NCBI RefSeq assembly: GCF_044704955.1 | Contig: NC_091987.1 | Coordinates: forward strand, 26,288,001-26,352,000 | Length of the DNA: 64,000 nt | Source of the DNA: Pristiophorus japonicus | Taxonomy: Eukaryota | Direction: 5' to 3' | Shown here: positions 36,681 through 50,600 of the stretch, piece by piece | Numbering within the stretch: position 1 is the stretch's first letter | How the letters are laid out: the number at the start of each line of letters is the position of its first letter | Program-made: the position numbers and the translations under genes | Notes under the pieces: generated by a model | Told to the model about the DNA's origin: nothing | Seen by the model: the letters and a program-made list of their open reading frames with translations, nothing else | The model's database searches: none

Positions 36681-38230
36681 AGGCAGTTGTTTGGGAGTCT
36701 TCTATCAGGCATGCGAGCAATGTGGCTCGCCCAACGGAGCTGATCAAGTGTGGTCAGTGCTTCGATGCTGTGGATGTTGGACTGATCAAGGACACTAACG
36801 TTGATGCTTCTGTTCTCTCATCAGATTTGCAGGATCTTGTGGAGACATCGTTATTGTATTTCTCCAGCGACTTGAGATGTCTACTGTATATGGTCCACAT
36901 CTCTGTGCCATACAGCAGGGCAGGTATCACTACAGCCTTTTAGACCATGAGCTTGGTGGTAGATTTGAGAGCATGATCTTTGAAGACTCTTTTCCTCAGG
37001 TGGCCGAAGCTACGCTGGCGCACTGGAGGCAGTGTTGAATCTCGTTGTTGATGTCTGCCCTTGCTGATAATAGGTTCCTGTGGTATGGAAAGTGCTCCAC
37101 GTTGTCCAGGGCCGAGCCATGGTTCTTGATGAATGTGGGGCAGTGCTGTGTGTCGGGGTCAGGTTGGTGGAGGTCTTCTGGATGTTTCGTGTAAGGCTCA
37201 TGCATTTGTACGCCTCAGTGAAGATGTTGACTATGACTTGGATTTCAGTCTCCGAAAGTGTGCAGATACATGTGTCATCCGCATACTGTAGTTTGACGAC
37301 AGTGGTTGGAATGGTATTCGATCTGGCCTGGAGATGCCGGAGGTTGAAAAGGTTGCCACTGGTTCCGTAGTTTAGTTGCACACACATGCTTTCGATACCT
37401 GGCTCAGACGATGATATCGTTGAGCAGGTGCCAGTGTTTAGAGCGAGCATGTTGCCATGATGCATTGTACTTATCCTTCTGGCAGAACAAGTGTTCGTGA
37501 TAACAAAGTCGTGCTCCAGGCATTTTGTCAGGAGCAGGGTACCGCTGGAATTGTTTTCCCTAACCCCTCTCTGCTGATCCATAAAGGGCTGCGTCCTTGC
37601 TGACCCTGTCAGTCAAGTCACCGAGGAGGATTAGTTTGTCATCTGCAGATATGCAGGACAAGGATTTTTTGAACTGTTAAAACCCTCTTTGATATCATCT
37701 AATGCATCCGAGTGTTGGGGTGTACGCACTAATGACTGTGGCGCATTGGTTCTGGGATAGGGTGAGTCTGAGAGTTATGGGACATTCGCTAATCTTGCAG
37801 GGGGAGTCTCTGAGGCAGTCGACCAGCTCGTTCTTGATCGCGAAATTGACTCTGTGGAGGCGCCATTCTTCCTCTGGTTTGCCTTTCGAGAAGTCATTAT
37901 AACCTCTACCTTGTTCCTTGAGCTGGTCTTCCCCTGCCCGCCAGGTCTCTCTTAGGGTGGCGATGTTGCCAATGAAGCATCTACATTCCCGGGCAACTAT
38001 GGAGGTGCGGCGCTCCGGTCTGTCACTGAGGGCCCTGACATTCCAGGTCCCGAAATTCATATTGAAGTTTGGAAGATACTTGTGCGTGATTTCTTTTCAC
38101 GTGGGGTGGCAGTTGCACACCGACTACCACATGGACTAAGCTGAGCAATGTCTTCGTTCAGTGACAAGAGGCTCCAAGACGGCCAGTGACCAGGCACTGC
38201 TGTATGAGCCTAATTGCCTATGGTGAGTTG
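36681..38230 (-). mobile_element. Internally deleted RTE-clade LINE; copies at ~45760-47300 and ~54780-56330
   Basis: EN start MNFGTWNVR..RRT.IVARE..LRET, ISAY.PT; RT LQYADD. Confidence 0.85.
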
Positions 38231-38361
38231 CGGACTGTAAGCTCGGCTCTGAGCTGCGCCCTTCCGTGAGGTCGTAATTGATCCGAGGCTTGGCTGGGGC
38301 AGGCATTGGGAAGGTCAGAGATCGAATTTGTGGAAAGAGGAGAGCTCAGAGAGGTGACAGC

Positions 38362-38630
38362 CAATGTGCTCACCACCTGCTACAGGAGTAGAGGCCCGGT
38401 CGGCGCTGGATGGATGGAGACCCGCTCATCGATGGATGGAAGAAGGCCCCATCGTCGCCAATGCGTGGAGGCCCGGAGGGAAGGCTCGTGCGTGCGTTAA
38501 GCCCAATGCTGCTTTAGTAACAGGTCGATGTTTCACAGGGGGTCGCTTGGAGCAGCTGAGTCGTCTGTAGGGGAGCGAAAAGCGAGGGTCCAGATGGAGG
38601 AACTTGGTAGGGAGGACGTCGTAATGAATT
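38362..38630 (-). pseudogene. Possible highly decayed V relic with heptamer CACATTG; copies at ~47431-47700 and ~56461-56728
   Basis: YQVPP../LSCS../T(W>C)Y*..GL../DERVSI../DRA(L)YSC.GGE then CACATTG; needs several frameshifts and has no nonamer at 23 nt. Confidence 0.3.
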
Positions 38631-41600
38631 TGTTAAGGAAAAGGATATCAGAAACAATGATAGAATCATAGAAACATAGAAAATAGGTGCAGGAGTAGGC
38701 CATTCGGCGCCTCGAGCTTGCGCCACTTTTCAATAGGTCATGGATGATCATTCACCTCAGTACCCCTTTCCTGCTTTTTCTCCATACCCTTGGTCCCTTT
38801 AGCCGTAAGGGTCAAATCTAACTCCCTCTTGAATAAATCCAATGAACTGACATGAGCAATTCTCTGCGGTAGGGAATTCCACAGGTTAACAACTTTCTCA
38901 GTGAAGAGGTTTCTCCTCATCTCGGTCCTAAATGACTTACCCCTTATCCTTAGATTGTGTTCCCTGATTCTGGACTTCCCCAACATCGGGAACATTCTTC
39001 CTGCATCTAACCTGTCCAGTTCCGTCAGAATTTTATATGTTTCTATGAGATCCCCTCCCTTCCTTCTAAACTCCAGTGAATACAGGTCTAGTCGATCCAG
39101 TCTCTCCTCATATGTCAGTCCTGCCATCCGGGGAATCATTCTGGTGAACCTTCGCTGCACTCACTCAATAGCAATAACATCCTTCCTCAGATTAGGAGAC
39201 CAAAACTGAAAACAATATTCCAGGTGAGGCGTCACCAAGGCCCTGTACAACTGCAGTAAGACCTCCCTGCTCCTATACTCGAATCCCCTAGCTATGAAGG
39301 CCAACATACCATTTGCCTTCTTCACCACCTACTGTGCCTGCATGCCAACTTTCAATGACCGTTGTACCATGACTCCCAGACCTCATTGCACCTCCCCTTT
39401 TCCTAATCTGCCACCATTCAGATAATAATCTACCTACGTGTTTTTGTCACCAAAGTGGATAACCTCACATTTATCCACATTATACTGCATCTTCCATGAA
39501 TTTGCCCACGCACCTAATCTGTCCAAGTCAACCTGCAGCCTCTTAGCGTCCTCCTCACAGCTCACACCGCCACCCAGTTTAGTGTCATCTGCAACATTGG
39601 AGACACTACATTCAATTCCTTTATCTAAATCATTAATGTATATTGTAAATAGAAGGAGTCCCTGCACTGAGCCCTGCGGTACCCCACTAGTCACTGGCTG
39701 CCATTCTGCAAATGACCCGTTTATCCCAACTCTCTGCTTCCTGTCTGCTAACCAGTTCTCTATACACGTCAGTACCTTACCCCCAATACTATGTGCTTTA
39801 ATCTTGCACACCAATCTCTTGTGTGGGACCTTGTCAAAAGCCTTTTGAAAGTCCAAATGCACCACAACCACTTGTTCTCCCTTGTCCACTCTATTAGTTA
39901 CATCCTCAAAAAAGCCTTCTTAACCACCTTATCTGCCTGGCCTGCTAAATTCAGGGATCTATGGACAAGCACTCCATGGTCCCTTTGTTCATCTACACTA
40001 TTAAGTGGCCTCTTGCTTAATGTGTATATCTTTCCTTATTAGCCCTCCCAATGCACATCACCTCAATCTTCTCTGAATTAAATTCCATTTGCCACTGCTC
40101 TGCCCACTTGACCAGTAGATTGATATCCTCCTGTAGCCCATGACTTTCCTCTTCAGTATCAACCTGCATCCAACTTTAGTTTCGTCTGCAAACTTCGTAA
40201 TCGTACTCCTTATATGCAAATCTAAATCGTTGATATATACCACACTAAGCAAGGGACCCAGAACTGAGCCCTGCGGAACCCAACTGGAAACAGCTTTCCA
40301 ATCACAAAAACATCCATCAAGCATTATCCTTTGCTTCCTACCTCCAAGCCAATTTTGGATCCAATTTACCACTTTGCCCATTATCCCATGGGGTTTAAAC
40401 TTCATGACCAGTCTACCATGTGGGACCTTATCAAAAGCCTTGCTAAAGTCCATATATAGTCCAGCGTAGGCACTAGCCTCATCGTACATCTTAATTACCT
40501 CCTCAAAAAATTCAATCAGGATAGTCAAAACGATCTTCCCTTAACAAATCCTTGCTGACGGTCCCTAATTAATTCTTGGCTTTCCAAATGTAGATATGCC
40601 TGTCTTTCAGGATTTTTTCCAATAATTTCCCATCACTGAGGTTAGGCTGACAGGCCTGTAATTACTCGGCCTATCCCTTTTTCCCTTCTTAAACAAGGGT
40701 ACAATATTAGCAGTCCTCCACTCCTCTGGCATCATGCCCAGATCCAAAGAGTACTGGAAAATGATGGTCAAGGCCTCTGCTATTTCCTCTTTTATTTTGC
40801 TCAACAGCCTGCGATGCATTTCATACGGGTCTGGCGTCTTATCTACTTTCAAAGTTGATAAACCACTTAATGCTTCCTCTCTCACTATATTTATTTCAAC
40901 CAGAATATCACACACCTCCTCGATAGCAGTTTCTGCATTACCCCTTTCCTTTGTGAAAACAGATGCAAAGTTTTCGTAAAGAATCCTACCAACATCTTCC
41001 GCCTCCACACAAAGATTACGTTCATGGTCTCTAATAGCCCTACCCTTTCTTTAGTTACCTTCTTAGTCTCAACATATTTATACAACATCTTAATGTTTAC
41101 CTTAATTTCGCTGGCCAAGAATTTCTCGTACTCTCTCTTAGCATTCTTAAAGTCCTTTTTAATTTTGCCTCTTATATTTCTATATTCCTCTAAAGATTCT
41201 AAAATATTTAGCCATTGCTATATGACATAAGCGTCCCTTTTTTCCTTAATCCTCCCCTGTAAGTCCCTAGTCATCCAGGGAGCTCTAGAAATATTTTCCC
41301 AACCTTTTTCTCTAAGGGCATATGTTTGGCCTGAGCCGTCCGGATCTCCTCCTTGTATTCCTCCCACTGTTCCGACACGGATTTACCACAGTAGCCATTT
41401 CCAGTCCACTATGGCCAAATCATGCCCTAACGTCGCAAAATTTCCCCAATTCGGAACTTTTAGTCCAGTCCGATTCTTGTCCTTATCCATAACCAACTTG
41501 AATCTGACTGAATTATGGCCACTGGCACCAAGTGCTCCGCCACTAATACCCCTTCAACCTGCCCATCTTTATTCGCCAAAACTAAATTCAAGACCGCCCC

Positions 41601-44587
41601 CTCTCGTGTGGGGCTTGCAACATACTGACTAAAAAAGTTCTCTTGAACGCATTTGAAGCTCCCTCTATACACTTCACGCTATATTTGTCCCAATCAATAT
41701 TTGGATAGTTAAAATCCCCGAATATTACCACCCTGTGCTTTAGACTTCGCAGCAATGTGCCTACATATTTGCTCCTCTATCTCCCTCCCACTGTTTAGGG
41801 GTCTGTCCTGTGATCGCCCATTTTTTATTTTTCAATTCGACCCATATGGCCTCATTTGATGATCACTCTAACGTATCATCCCTCCTCACCACTGTAATAG
41901 TTTATTTAATTAGTACTACAACCCCCACATCCCTCCTTTTACCTCCCTCTCTATCTTGACTAAAAATCCTGTAGCCAGGAAGATTGATCTGTCAAACCTG
42001 TCAAACAGCCATGTCTCTGTAACGGCTATAATGTCATACTCCCAAGTGTATACCTGTGCTCTTAGCTCATCTGCCTTATCGCTATACTCCTCGCATTAAA
42101 TTATATACCATTCAGAACAGGAAGACCTCCTTGCTTACTACGTACTAAGCCCTGTTTCCTCTGTCTTACAGATTCGCTTTCTAGATTCTTGCTATCCAAT
42201 TCCTGCTTTACTTCCTTCCTTTTTGAATTCGTTCCCAGGATCTCACCTCCCTGCCAAGCTAGTTTAACTTCTCCCCAACAACACTAGCAAAATTCCCCGT
42301 GATGATATTGGTACCTGCGCTGTTGAAATGCAAGCCGTCCGGTTTGTACAGGTCCCATCTCCGCCAGACATGGTCCCAATGCTTCAAGAATTTAAAGCCC
42401 TCCCTTCTGCATCAACTTACCAGCCACGTGTTCATCCTCTCTTTCCTTCTACTCTTATACTCATTAGCACGTGGCACCGATAGTAACCCGAAGATTACTA
42501 CCTTTGAGGTCCTATGCTTTAATTTTCTTCCTCGCTCGCTGAAATCTTCTTGTAAGACCTCATCCTCATTTTACCTACGTCGTTGGTCCCGATATGGACC
42601 ACGATCTCAAGCTGTTTACCCTCCCCCTCCAGAATGCCCTGCGTCCGCTTTGTGACATCCTTGACCCTGGCACCAGGGATGCACAAAACCATTCAGGAGT
42701 CACGTCTACGGCCGCAGAAACGCCTGTCTGCTCCCCTAACTATCGAAACCCCTATCACAGGGGCACTTCTTTCGCAGTCCCTTACCCCTGTGCAGTTGGG
42801 TCAGCCCTGGTGCCTTGGAATTGCCTCGGGCTGCACTCCCCAGAGGCACCATCGTCCTTACCGATACTCAGAAGTGAATATCGGTTTGAAAGCGGGATGG
42901 ACTCCCGGGGGTCTCTGCGCTAGCTGCATAGCACACTTACTACCTCTGGTGGTTACCCACTTCCCCTTGTTTTAATAAATCGCAAGATCCTGATTAATAA
43001 GTTACTGTTGCCAATACAAACAAACAGTGAAAGCAAAAAGCGTGGGTAATTCATTGGTGACATAAGAATATTAAAAGTAGGAGCAGGAAAAAGCCAGGCG
43101 TTCCTTCCACCCTCCTCCGCCATTCAATATGATCATAGCTGATCATCGACCTCCACTCCTCTTTTCTGCCCGATCTCCATATCCAGGGATGATGCTCATA
43201 CCACGTCACTATAAAAGAACAGGCATGAGGAAGATTGATCGCGTTTTCATTTTGTGCCAAATGGACGGACTGTAAAAGCGTCACAGAACCAGCGTAGTTG
43301 ACCTTTAAGGTGACTCGTAGAGCTGCTGCAACATTTTTTCAATCTCTGCCTCGGCATCTGGAGGCACGGGCTACAATGGAGCTACTGCGCCAGCTAGTGA
43401 CGGCAATCTGCAACTACATGAACTTGGCAGCAGCACAGTATGACCGATAAAGTCGGCATTTTGAAGTCATGTCGTGACATAGTTCCATCTTCCAATTATT
43501 CTATTCTCAGCTTCAGGTGTTGACGCTTGTTTCATAGAACAAGATTGAATTGCACTGCACCGCGGTAGAATTGACGAAGTGGATTATTTAGATCATTAAT
43601 TGTGCTTTAAAACATAAGAACTTAAGAAATAGGGGCAGGATAAAGCCATTCAGTCCCTGGAGCCTGCTCCTCCATTCAATAAGATCATCGTTGATCTGAT
43701 ATTGGCCTCAAGTCCAATTCTCTGCCTGTTCCCAATAACCCTTCAAACCCCTGTAGTTCAAAAATCTATCTATATCCGCCTTAATTGCATTCAATGAAAC
43801 AGCCTCGAAAGATATCTGGGATAGAGTATTCCAAAGTTCACGATAATTTGAGAGAGGAAATTCCTCCTAATAATGTCTTAAATGGACGACCCCTCATTCA
43901 CAAACAAACCCCCTGTTTCTAGAAGCCGCCACGAGGGAAAACATCGGATCAGCGTCTACCCTGTCAAGTCCCCTCAGAATGTAAACTCCAGTGAGTATAG
44001 CCCAAAACTGCTCAACCTTTCCTCATAAGACAAGGCTTCATCTCCGGACTGAACCCAGTGAAATTTATCTGAAGGGCCACAATGCAACTATATCACTCCT
44101 TAAATAAAGAGACCAAAACTGCTCTAGGTGTGGTCTCACCAACGCCCTGTACAGTTGTAGCAAGACTTCCTTACATGCATACTCCATCCCCTTGCAATAA
44201 AGACCAACATTCCATTTGCCTTCCTAAGTATTTGCTGTACCTGCATTCTAACTTTTTGTGTTTCATGTACGAGGATACCCAGATCGCACTGCGCCACAGC
44301 ATTCTGTAGTCTCTCTCCATTTGAATAATAATTTGCTTTTTTATTCTTCCTACGAAACTGGATTACCTCACTTTTCCAACATTGTACCCCATCTGCCAAA
44401 TCATTGCCCACTTACTTAACCTGTCAATATCCTTTGCAGGCTCCTTGTGTCCTTTTTACATCGTGCTTCCCTACCCATAATTGTATCATCAGTAAATTTG
44501 GCTACATTATAGTATACTCCGTCTTTTCATCCAAGTCTTTTTATTCGGACAAATCTAGAACCATGATTACAAATGCATGTAATACAC

Positions 44588-44633
44588 TTAAAGGCAGAAA
44601 GAGAAAACCAAGGATGATGGAAGTGAAGTGCAT
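44588..44633 (-). pseudogene. Leader-like exon MHFTSIILGFLFLPL (unit 2)
   Basis: Duplicate of 35567-35612; donor GTGTAT. Confidence 0.55.
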
Positions 44634-47600
44634 CGTTGCTGCAGATGTAATACACATTCGGCTGTTTGATGCGGCTTTCATGGAGAGACGCTGTTTGAGA
44701 GCAGGCAAAATATAACGTCATAAGCGGAAGTTATTACATGGTAATTGGCGATGGCTTGTCCCGAGCTTTTGTTTCTATCTTTCTTCCTTTAATTCGTTGT
44801 TTATTTATGTCATTCTAACTTGCATTTCTATTGCGCCTCTCATGACTTCAGAATGTTCCCAAGAATTTTACAACCAATAAAGTGCAGTCACTGTTGCAAT
44901 GTAGGAAACGCGTTGGTCAATTGCAAAGAGCAAGCTCCCACAAACAGCAATGTGATATTTACCAGATAATCTGTTTTAATTATATTGCCTCAGGAATAAA
45001 CAGTGCTCAGGACACCATGCGAACTTTTCTGCTCTTCGAAATACTGTCAGTGAGGAATTTTACGTCCAGTTGAGAGTTTACTTACACCCTCTGTACTCCC
45101 ACTGCGACAGTTCTGCACCAGCTCAGCACTGCGCCTTCAAGAGTGCAGCATTCCCTCAATACTGCCGCTTCGACAGGGCAACTGTCCCTCAGTACTGGTG
45201 CTCCAACATTACAGCATTCCATCAGTACTGCCCCTCTGACAGTGCGGCGCTCCCTCAGTGCTACACTTCTGACAATGCAGCCCTCAGTCGGTAGTGCACG
45301 TCAGACAGTGCAGCATTCCCTCAGTACTGCCCCTCAGACAGTGCAGAACCTCCTCAGTACTGCCCCTCCGACAGTGCAGCACTCCCTCAGTAGTGCGCCT
45401 CCGACAGTGCAGCGCTCCCTCAGTAGTGCGCCTCAGACAGTGCAGCACTCCCTCAGTACTTTCGCTCCAACAGTGCAGCGCTCCCTCAGAACTGTCGCTG
45501 TGACAGTGCGGTGCTCCCTCAGTACTGTCCCTGTGACAGTGCAGCAATCCCTGAGTACTACCCTTCCGACGGTGCAGCGCTCCATCAGTACTGTCCCTGT
45601 GACAGTGCAGCACTCCCTGAGTACTACCCCTCCGACGGTGCAGCGCTCCCTCAGTACTGTCCCTGTGACAGTGCAGCACTCCCTGAGTACTTCCCCTCCG
45701 ACGGTGCAGCGCTCCCTCAGTATTGTCCCTGTGACAGTGCAGCACTGCCTCAGTACTGTTTGGGAGTCTTCTATCAGGCATGCGAGCAATGTGGCTCGCC
45801 CAACGGAGCTGATCAAGTGTGGTCAGTGCTTCGATGCTGTGGATGTTGGACTGATCAAGGACACCAACGTTGATGCTTCTGTTCTCCCATCAGATTTGCA
45901 GGATCTTGTATAGACATCGTTATTGTATTTCTCCAGCGACTTGAGATGTCTACTGTATATGGTCCACATCTCTGTGCCATACAGCAGGGCAGGTATCACT
46001 ACAGCCTTTTAGACCATGAGCTTGGTGGTAGATTTGAGAGCATGATCTTTGAAGACTCTTTTCCTCAGGTGGCCGAAGCTGCGCTGGCGCACTGGAGGCA
46101 GTGTTGAATCTCGTTGTTGATGTCTGCCCTTGCTGATAATAGGTTCCTGTGGTATGGAAAGTGCTCCACGTTGTCCAGGGCCGCGCCATGGTTCTTGATG
46201 AATGTGGGGCAGTGCTGTGTGTCGGGGTCAGGTTGGTGGAGGTCTTCTGGATGTTTCGTGTAAGGCTCATGCATTTGTACGCCTCAGTGAAGATGTTGAC
46301 TATGACTTGGAGTTCAGTCTCCGAAAGTGTGCAGATACATGTGTCATCCGCATACTGTAGTTTGACGACAGTGGTTGGAATGGTCTTCGATCTGGCCTGG
46401 AGATGCTGAAGGTTGAAAAGGTTGCCACTGGTTCCGTAGTTTAGTTGCACACACATGCTTTCGATACCTGGCTCAGACGATGATATCGTTGAGCAGGTGC
46501 CAGTGTTTAGAGCGAGCATGTTGCCATGATGCATTGTACTTATCCTTCTGGCAGAACAAGTGTTCGTGATAACAAAGTCGTGCTCCAGGCATTTTGTCAG
46601 GAGCAGGGTACCGCTGGAATTGTTTTCCCTAACCCCTCTCTGCTGATCCATAAAGGGCTGCGTCCTTGCTGACCCTGTCAGTCAAGTCACCGAGGAGGAT
46701 TAGTTTGTCATCTGCAGATATGCAGGACAAGGATTTTTTGAACTGTTAAAACCGTCTTTGATATCATCTAATGCATCCGAGTGTTGGGGTGTACGCACTA
46801 ATGACTGTGGCGCATTGGTTCTGGGATAGGGTGAGTCTGAGAGTTATGGGACATTCGCTAATCTTGCAGGGGGAGTCTCTGAGGCAGTCGACCAGCTCGT
46901 TCTTGATCGCGAAATTGACTCTGTAGAGGCGCCATTCTTCCTCTGGTTTGCCTTTCGAGAAGTCATTATAACCTTTACCTTGTTCCTTGAGCTGGCCTTC
47001 CCCTGCCTGCCAGGTCTCTCTTAGGGTGGCGATGTTGCCAATGAAGTATCTACATTCCCGGGCAACTATGGAGGTGCGGCGCTCCGGTCTTTCACTGAGG
47101 GCCCTGACATTCCAGGTCCCGAAATTCATATTGAAGTTTGGAAGATACTTGTGCGTGATTTCTTTTCACGTGGGGTGGCAGTTGCACACCGACTACCACA
47201 TGGACTAAGCTGAGCAATGTCTTCGTTCAGTGACAAGAGGCTCCAAGACGGCCAGTGACCAGGCACTGCTGTATGAGCCTAATTGCCTATGGTGAGTTGC
47301 GGGCTGTAAGCTCGGCTCTGAGCTGCGCCCTTCCGTGAGGTCGTAATTGATCCGAGGCTTGGCTGGGGCAGGCATTGGGAAGGTCAGAGATCGAATTTGT
47401 GGAAAGATGAGAGCTCAGAGAGGTGACAGCCAATGTGCTCACCACCTGCTACAGGAGTAGAGGCCCGGTCGTCGCTGGATGGATGGAGACCCGCTCATCG
47501 ATGGATGGAAGAAGGCCCCATCGTCGCCAATGCGTGGAGGCCCGGAGGGAAGGCTCGTGCGTGCGTTAAGCCCAATGCTGCTTTAGTAACAGGTCGATGT

Positions 47601-50600
47601 TTCACAGGGGGTCGCTTGGAGCAGCTGAGTCGTCTGTAGGGGAGCGAAAAGCGAGGGTCCAGATGGAGGAACTTGGTAGGGAGGACGTCGTAATGAATTT
47701 GTTAAGGAAAAGGATATCAGAAACAATGATAGAATCATAGAAACATAGAAAATAGGTGCAGGAGTAGGCCATTCGGCGCCTCGAGCTTGCGCCACTTTTC
47801 AATAGGTCATGGATGATCATTCACCCCAGTACCCCTTTCCTGCTTTTTCTCCATACCCTTGGTCCCTTTAGCCGTAAGGGTCAAATCTAACTTCCTCTTG
47901 AATAAATCCAATGAACTGACATCAACAATTCTCTGCGGTAGGGAATTCCACAGGTTAACAACGTTCTCAGTGAAGAAGTTTCTCCTCATCTCGGTCCTAA
48001 ATGACTTACCCCTTATCCTTAGACTGTGTTCCCTGATTCTGGACTTCCCCAACATCGGGAACATTCTTCCTGCATCTAACCTGTCCAGTTCCGTCAGAAT
48101 TTTATATGTTTCTATGAGATCCCCTCCCATCCTTCTAAACTCCAGTGAATACAGGTCTAGTCGATCCAGTCTCTCCTCATATGTCAGTCCTGCCATCCGG
48201 TGAATCATTCTGGTGAACCTTCGCTGCACTCCCTCAATAGCAATAACATCCTTCCTCAGATTAGGAGACCAAAACTGATAACAATATTCCAGGTGAGGCC
48301 TCACCAAGGCCCTGTACAACTGCAGTAAGACCTCCCTGCTCCTATACTCGAATCCCCTAGCTATAAAGGCCAACATACCATTTGCCTTCTTCACCACCTA
48401 CTGTGCCTGCATGCCAACTTTCAATGACCGTTGTACCATGACTCCCGGCCTCATTGCACCGTCCCTTTTCCTAATCTGCCACCATTCAGATAATAATCTA
48501 CCTACGTGTTTTTGTCACCAAAGTGGATAACCTCACATTTATCCACATTATACTGCATCTTCCATGAATTTGCCCACGCACCTAATCTGTCCAAGTCAAC
48601 CTGCAGCCTCTTAGCGTCCTCCTCACAGCTCACACCGCCACCCAGTTTAGTGTCATCTGCAACATTGGAGACACTACATTCAATTCCTTTATCTAAATCA
48701 TTAATGTATATTGTAAATAGAAGGAGTCCCTGCACTGAGCCCTGCGGTACCCCACTAGTCACTGGCTGCCATTCTGCAAATGACCCGTTTATCCCAACTC
48801 TCTGCTTCCTGTCTGCTAACCAGTTCTCTATACACGTCAGTACCTTACCCCCAATACTATGTGCTTTAATCTTGCACACCAATCTCTTGTGTGGGACCTT
48901 GTCAAAAGCCTTTTGAATGTCCAAATGCACCACAACCACTTGTTCTCCCTTGTCCACTCTATTAGTTACATCCTCAAAAAAGCCTTCTTAACCACCTTAT
49001 CTGCCTGGCCTGCTAAATTCAGGGATCTATGGACAAGCACTCCAAGGTCCCTTTGTTCATCTACACTATTAAGTGGCCTCCTGCTTAATGTGTATATCTT
49101 TCCTTATTAGCCCTCCCAATGCACATCACCTCAATCTTCTCTGAATTAAATTCCATTTGCCACTGCTCTGCCCACTTGACCAGTAGATTGATATTCTCCT
49201 CTAGCCCATGACTTTCCTCTTCAGTATCAACCTGCATCCAACTTTAGTTTCGTCTGCAAACTTCGTAATCGTACTCCTTATATGCAAATCTAAATCGTTG
49301 ATATATACCACACTAAGCAAGGGACACAGAACTGAGCCCTGCGGAACCCAACTGGAAACAGCTTTCCAATCACAAAAACATCCATCAAGCATTATCCTTT
49401 GCTTCCTTCCTCCAAGCCAATTTTGGATCCAATTTGCCACTTTGCCCATTATCCCATGGGTTTTAAACTTCATGACCAGTCTACCATGTGGGACCTTATC
49501 AAAAGCCTTGCTAAAGTCCATATATAGTCCAGCGTAGGCACTACCCTCATCGTACATCTTAATTACCTCCTCAAAAAATTCAATCAGGATAGTCAAAACG
49601 ATCTTCCCTAAACAAATCCTTGCTAATTGTCCCTAATTAATTCTTGGCTTTTCAAATGTAGATTTGCCTGTCTTTCAGGATTTTTTCCAATAATTTCCAA
49701 TAATTTCCCATCACTGAGGTTAGGCTGACAGGCCTGTAATTACTCGGCCTATCCCTTTTTCCCTTCTTAAACAAGGGTACAACATTAGCAGTCCTCCACT
49801 CCTCTGGCATCATGCCCAGATCCAAAGAGTACTGGAAAATGATGGTCAAGGCCTCTGCTATTTCCTCTTTTATTTGGCTCAACAGCCTGCAATGCATTTC
49901 ATATGGGTCTGGCGTCTTATCTACTTTCAAAGTTGATAAACCACTTAATGCTTCCTCTCTCACTATATTTATTTCAACCAGAATATCACACACCTCCTCG
50001 ATAGCAGTTTCTGCATTACCCCTTTCCTTTGTGAAAACAGATGCAAAGTTTTCGTAAAGAACCCTACCAACATCTTCCGCCTCCACACAAAGATTACGTT
50101 AATGGTCTCTAATAGCCCTACCCTTTCTTTACTTACCCTCTTAGTCTTAACATATTTATACAGCATCTTAACGTTTACCTTAATTTCGCTGGCCAAGAAT
50201 TTCTCGTACTCTCTCTTAGCATTCTTAAAGTCCTTTTTAATTTTGCCTCTTATCTTTCTATATTCCTCTAAAGATTCTAAAATATTTAGCCAATGCTATA
50301 TGACATAAGCGTCCCTTTTTTCCTTAATCCTCCCCTGTAAGTCCCTAGTCATCCAGGGAGCTCTAGAAATATTTTCCCAACCTTTTTCTCTAAGGGCATA
50401 TGTTTGGCCTGAGCCGTCCGGATCTCCTCCTTGTATTCCTCCCACTGTTCCAACACGGATTTACCACAGTAGCCATTTCCAGTCCACTATGGCCAAATCA
50501 TGTCCTAACGTAGCAAAGTTTCCCCAATTCGGAACTTTTCGTCCAGTCCGATTCTTGTCCTTATCCATAACCAACTTGAATCTGACTGAATTATGGCCAC

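Noticed and set aside
36122-36943. 273-aa mucin-like Thr/Ser/Pro ORF and Cys-rich ORFs (also 45143-45913 and 54220-55167)
   Set aside because: Read-through of a 33-bp (multiple of 3) minisatellite into antisense RTE; open in several frames on both strands
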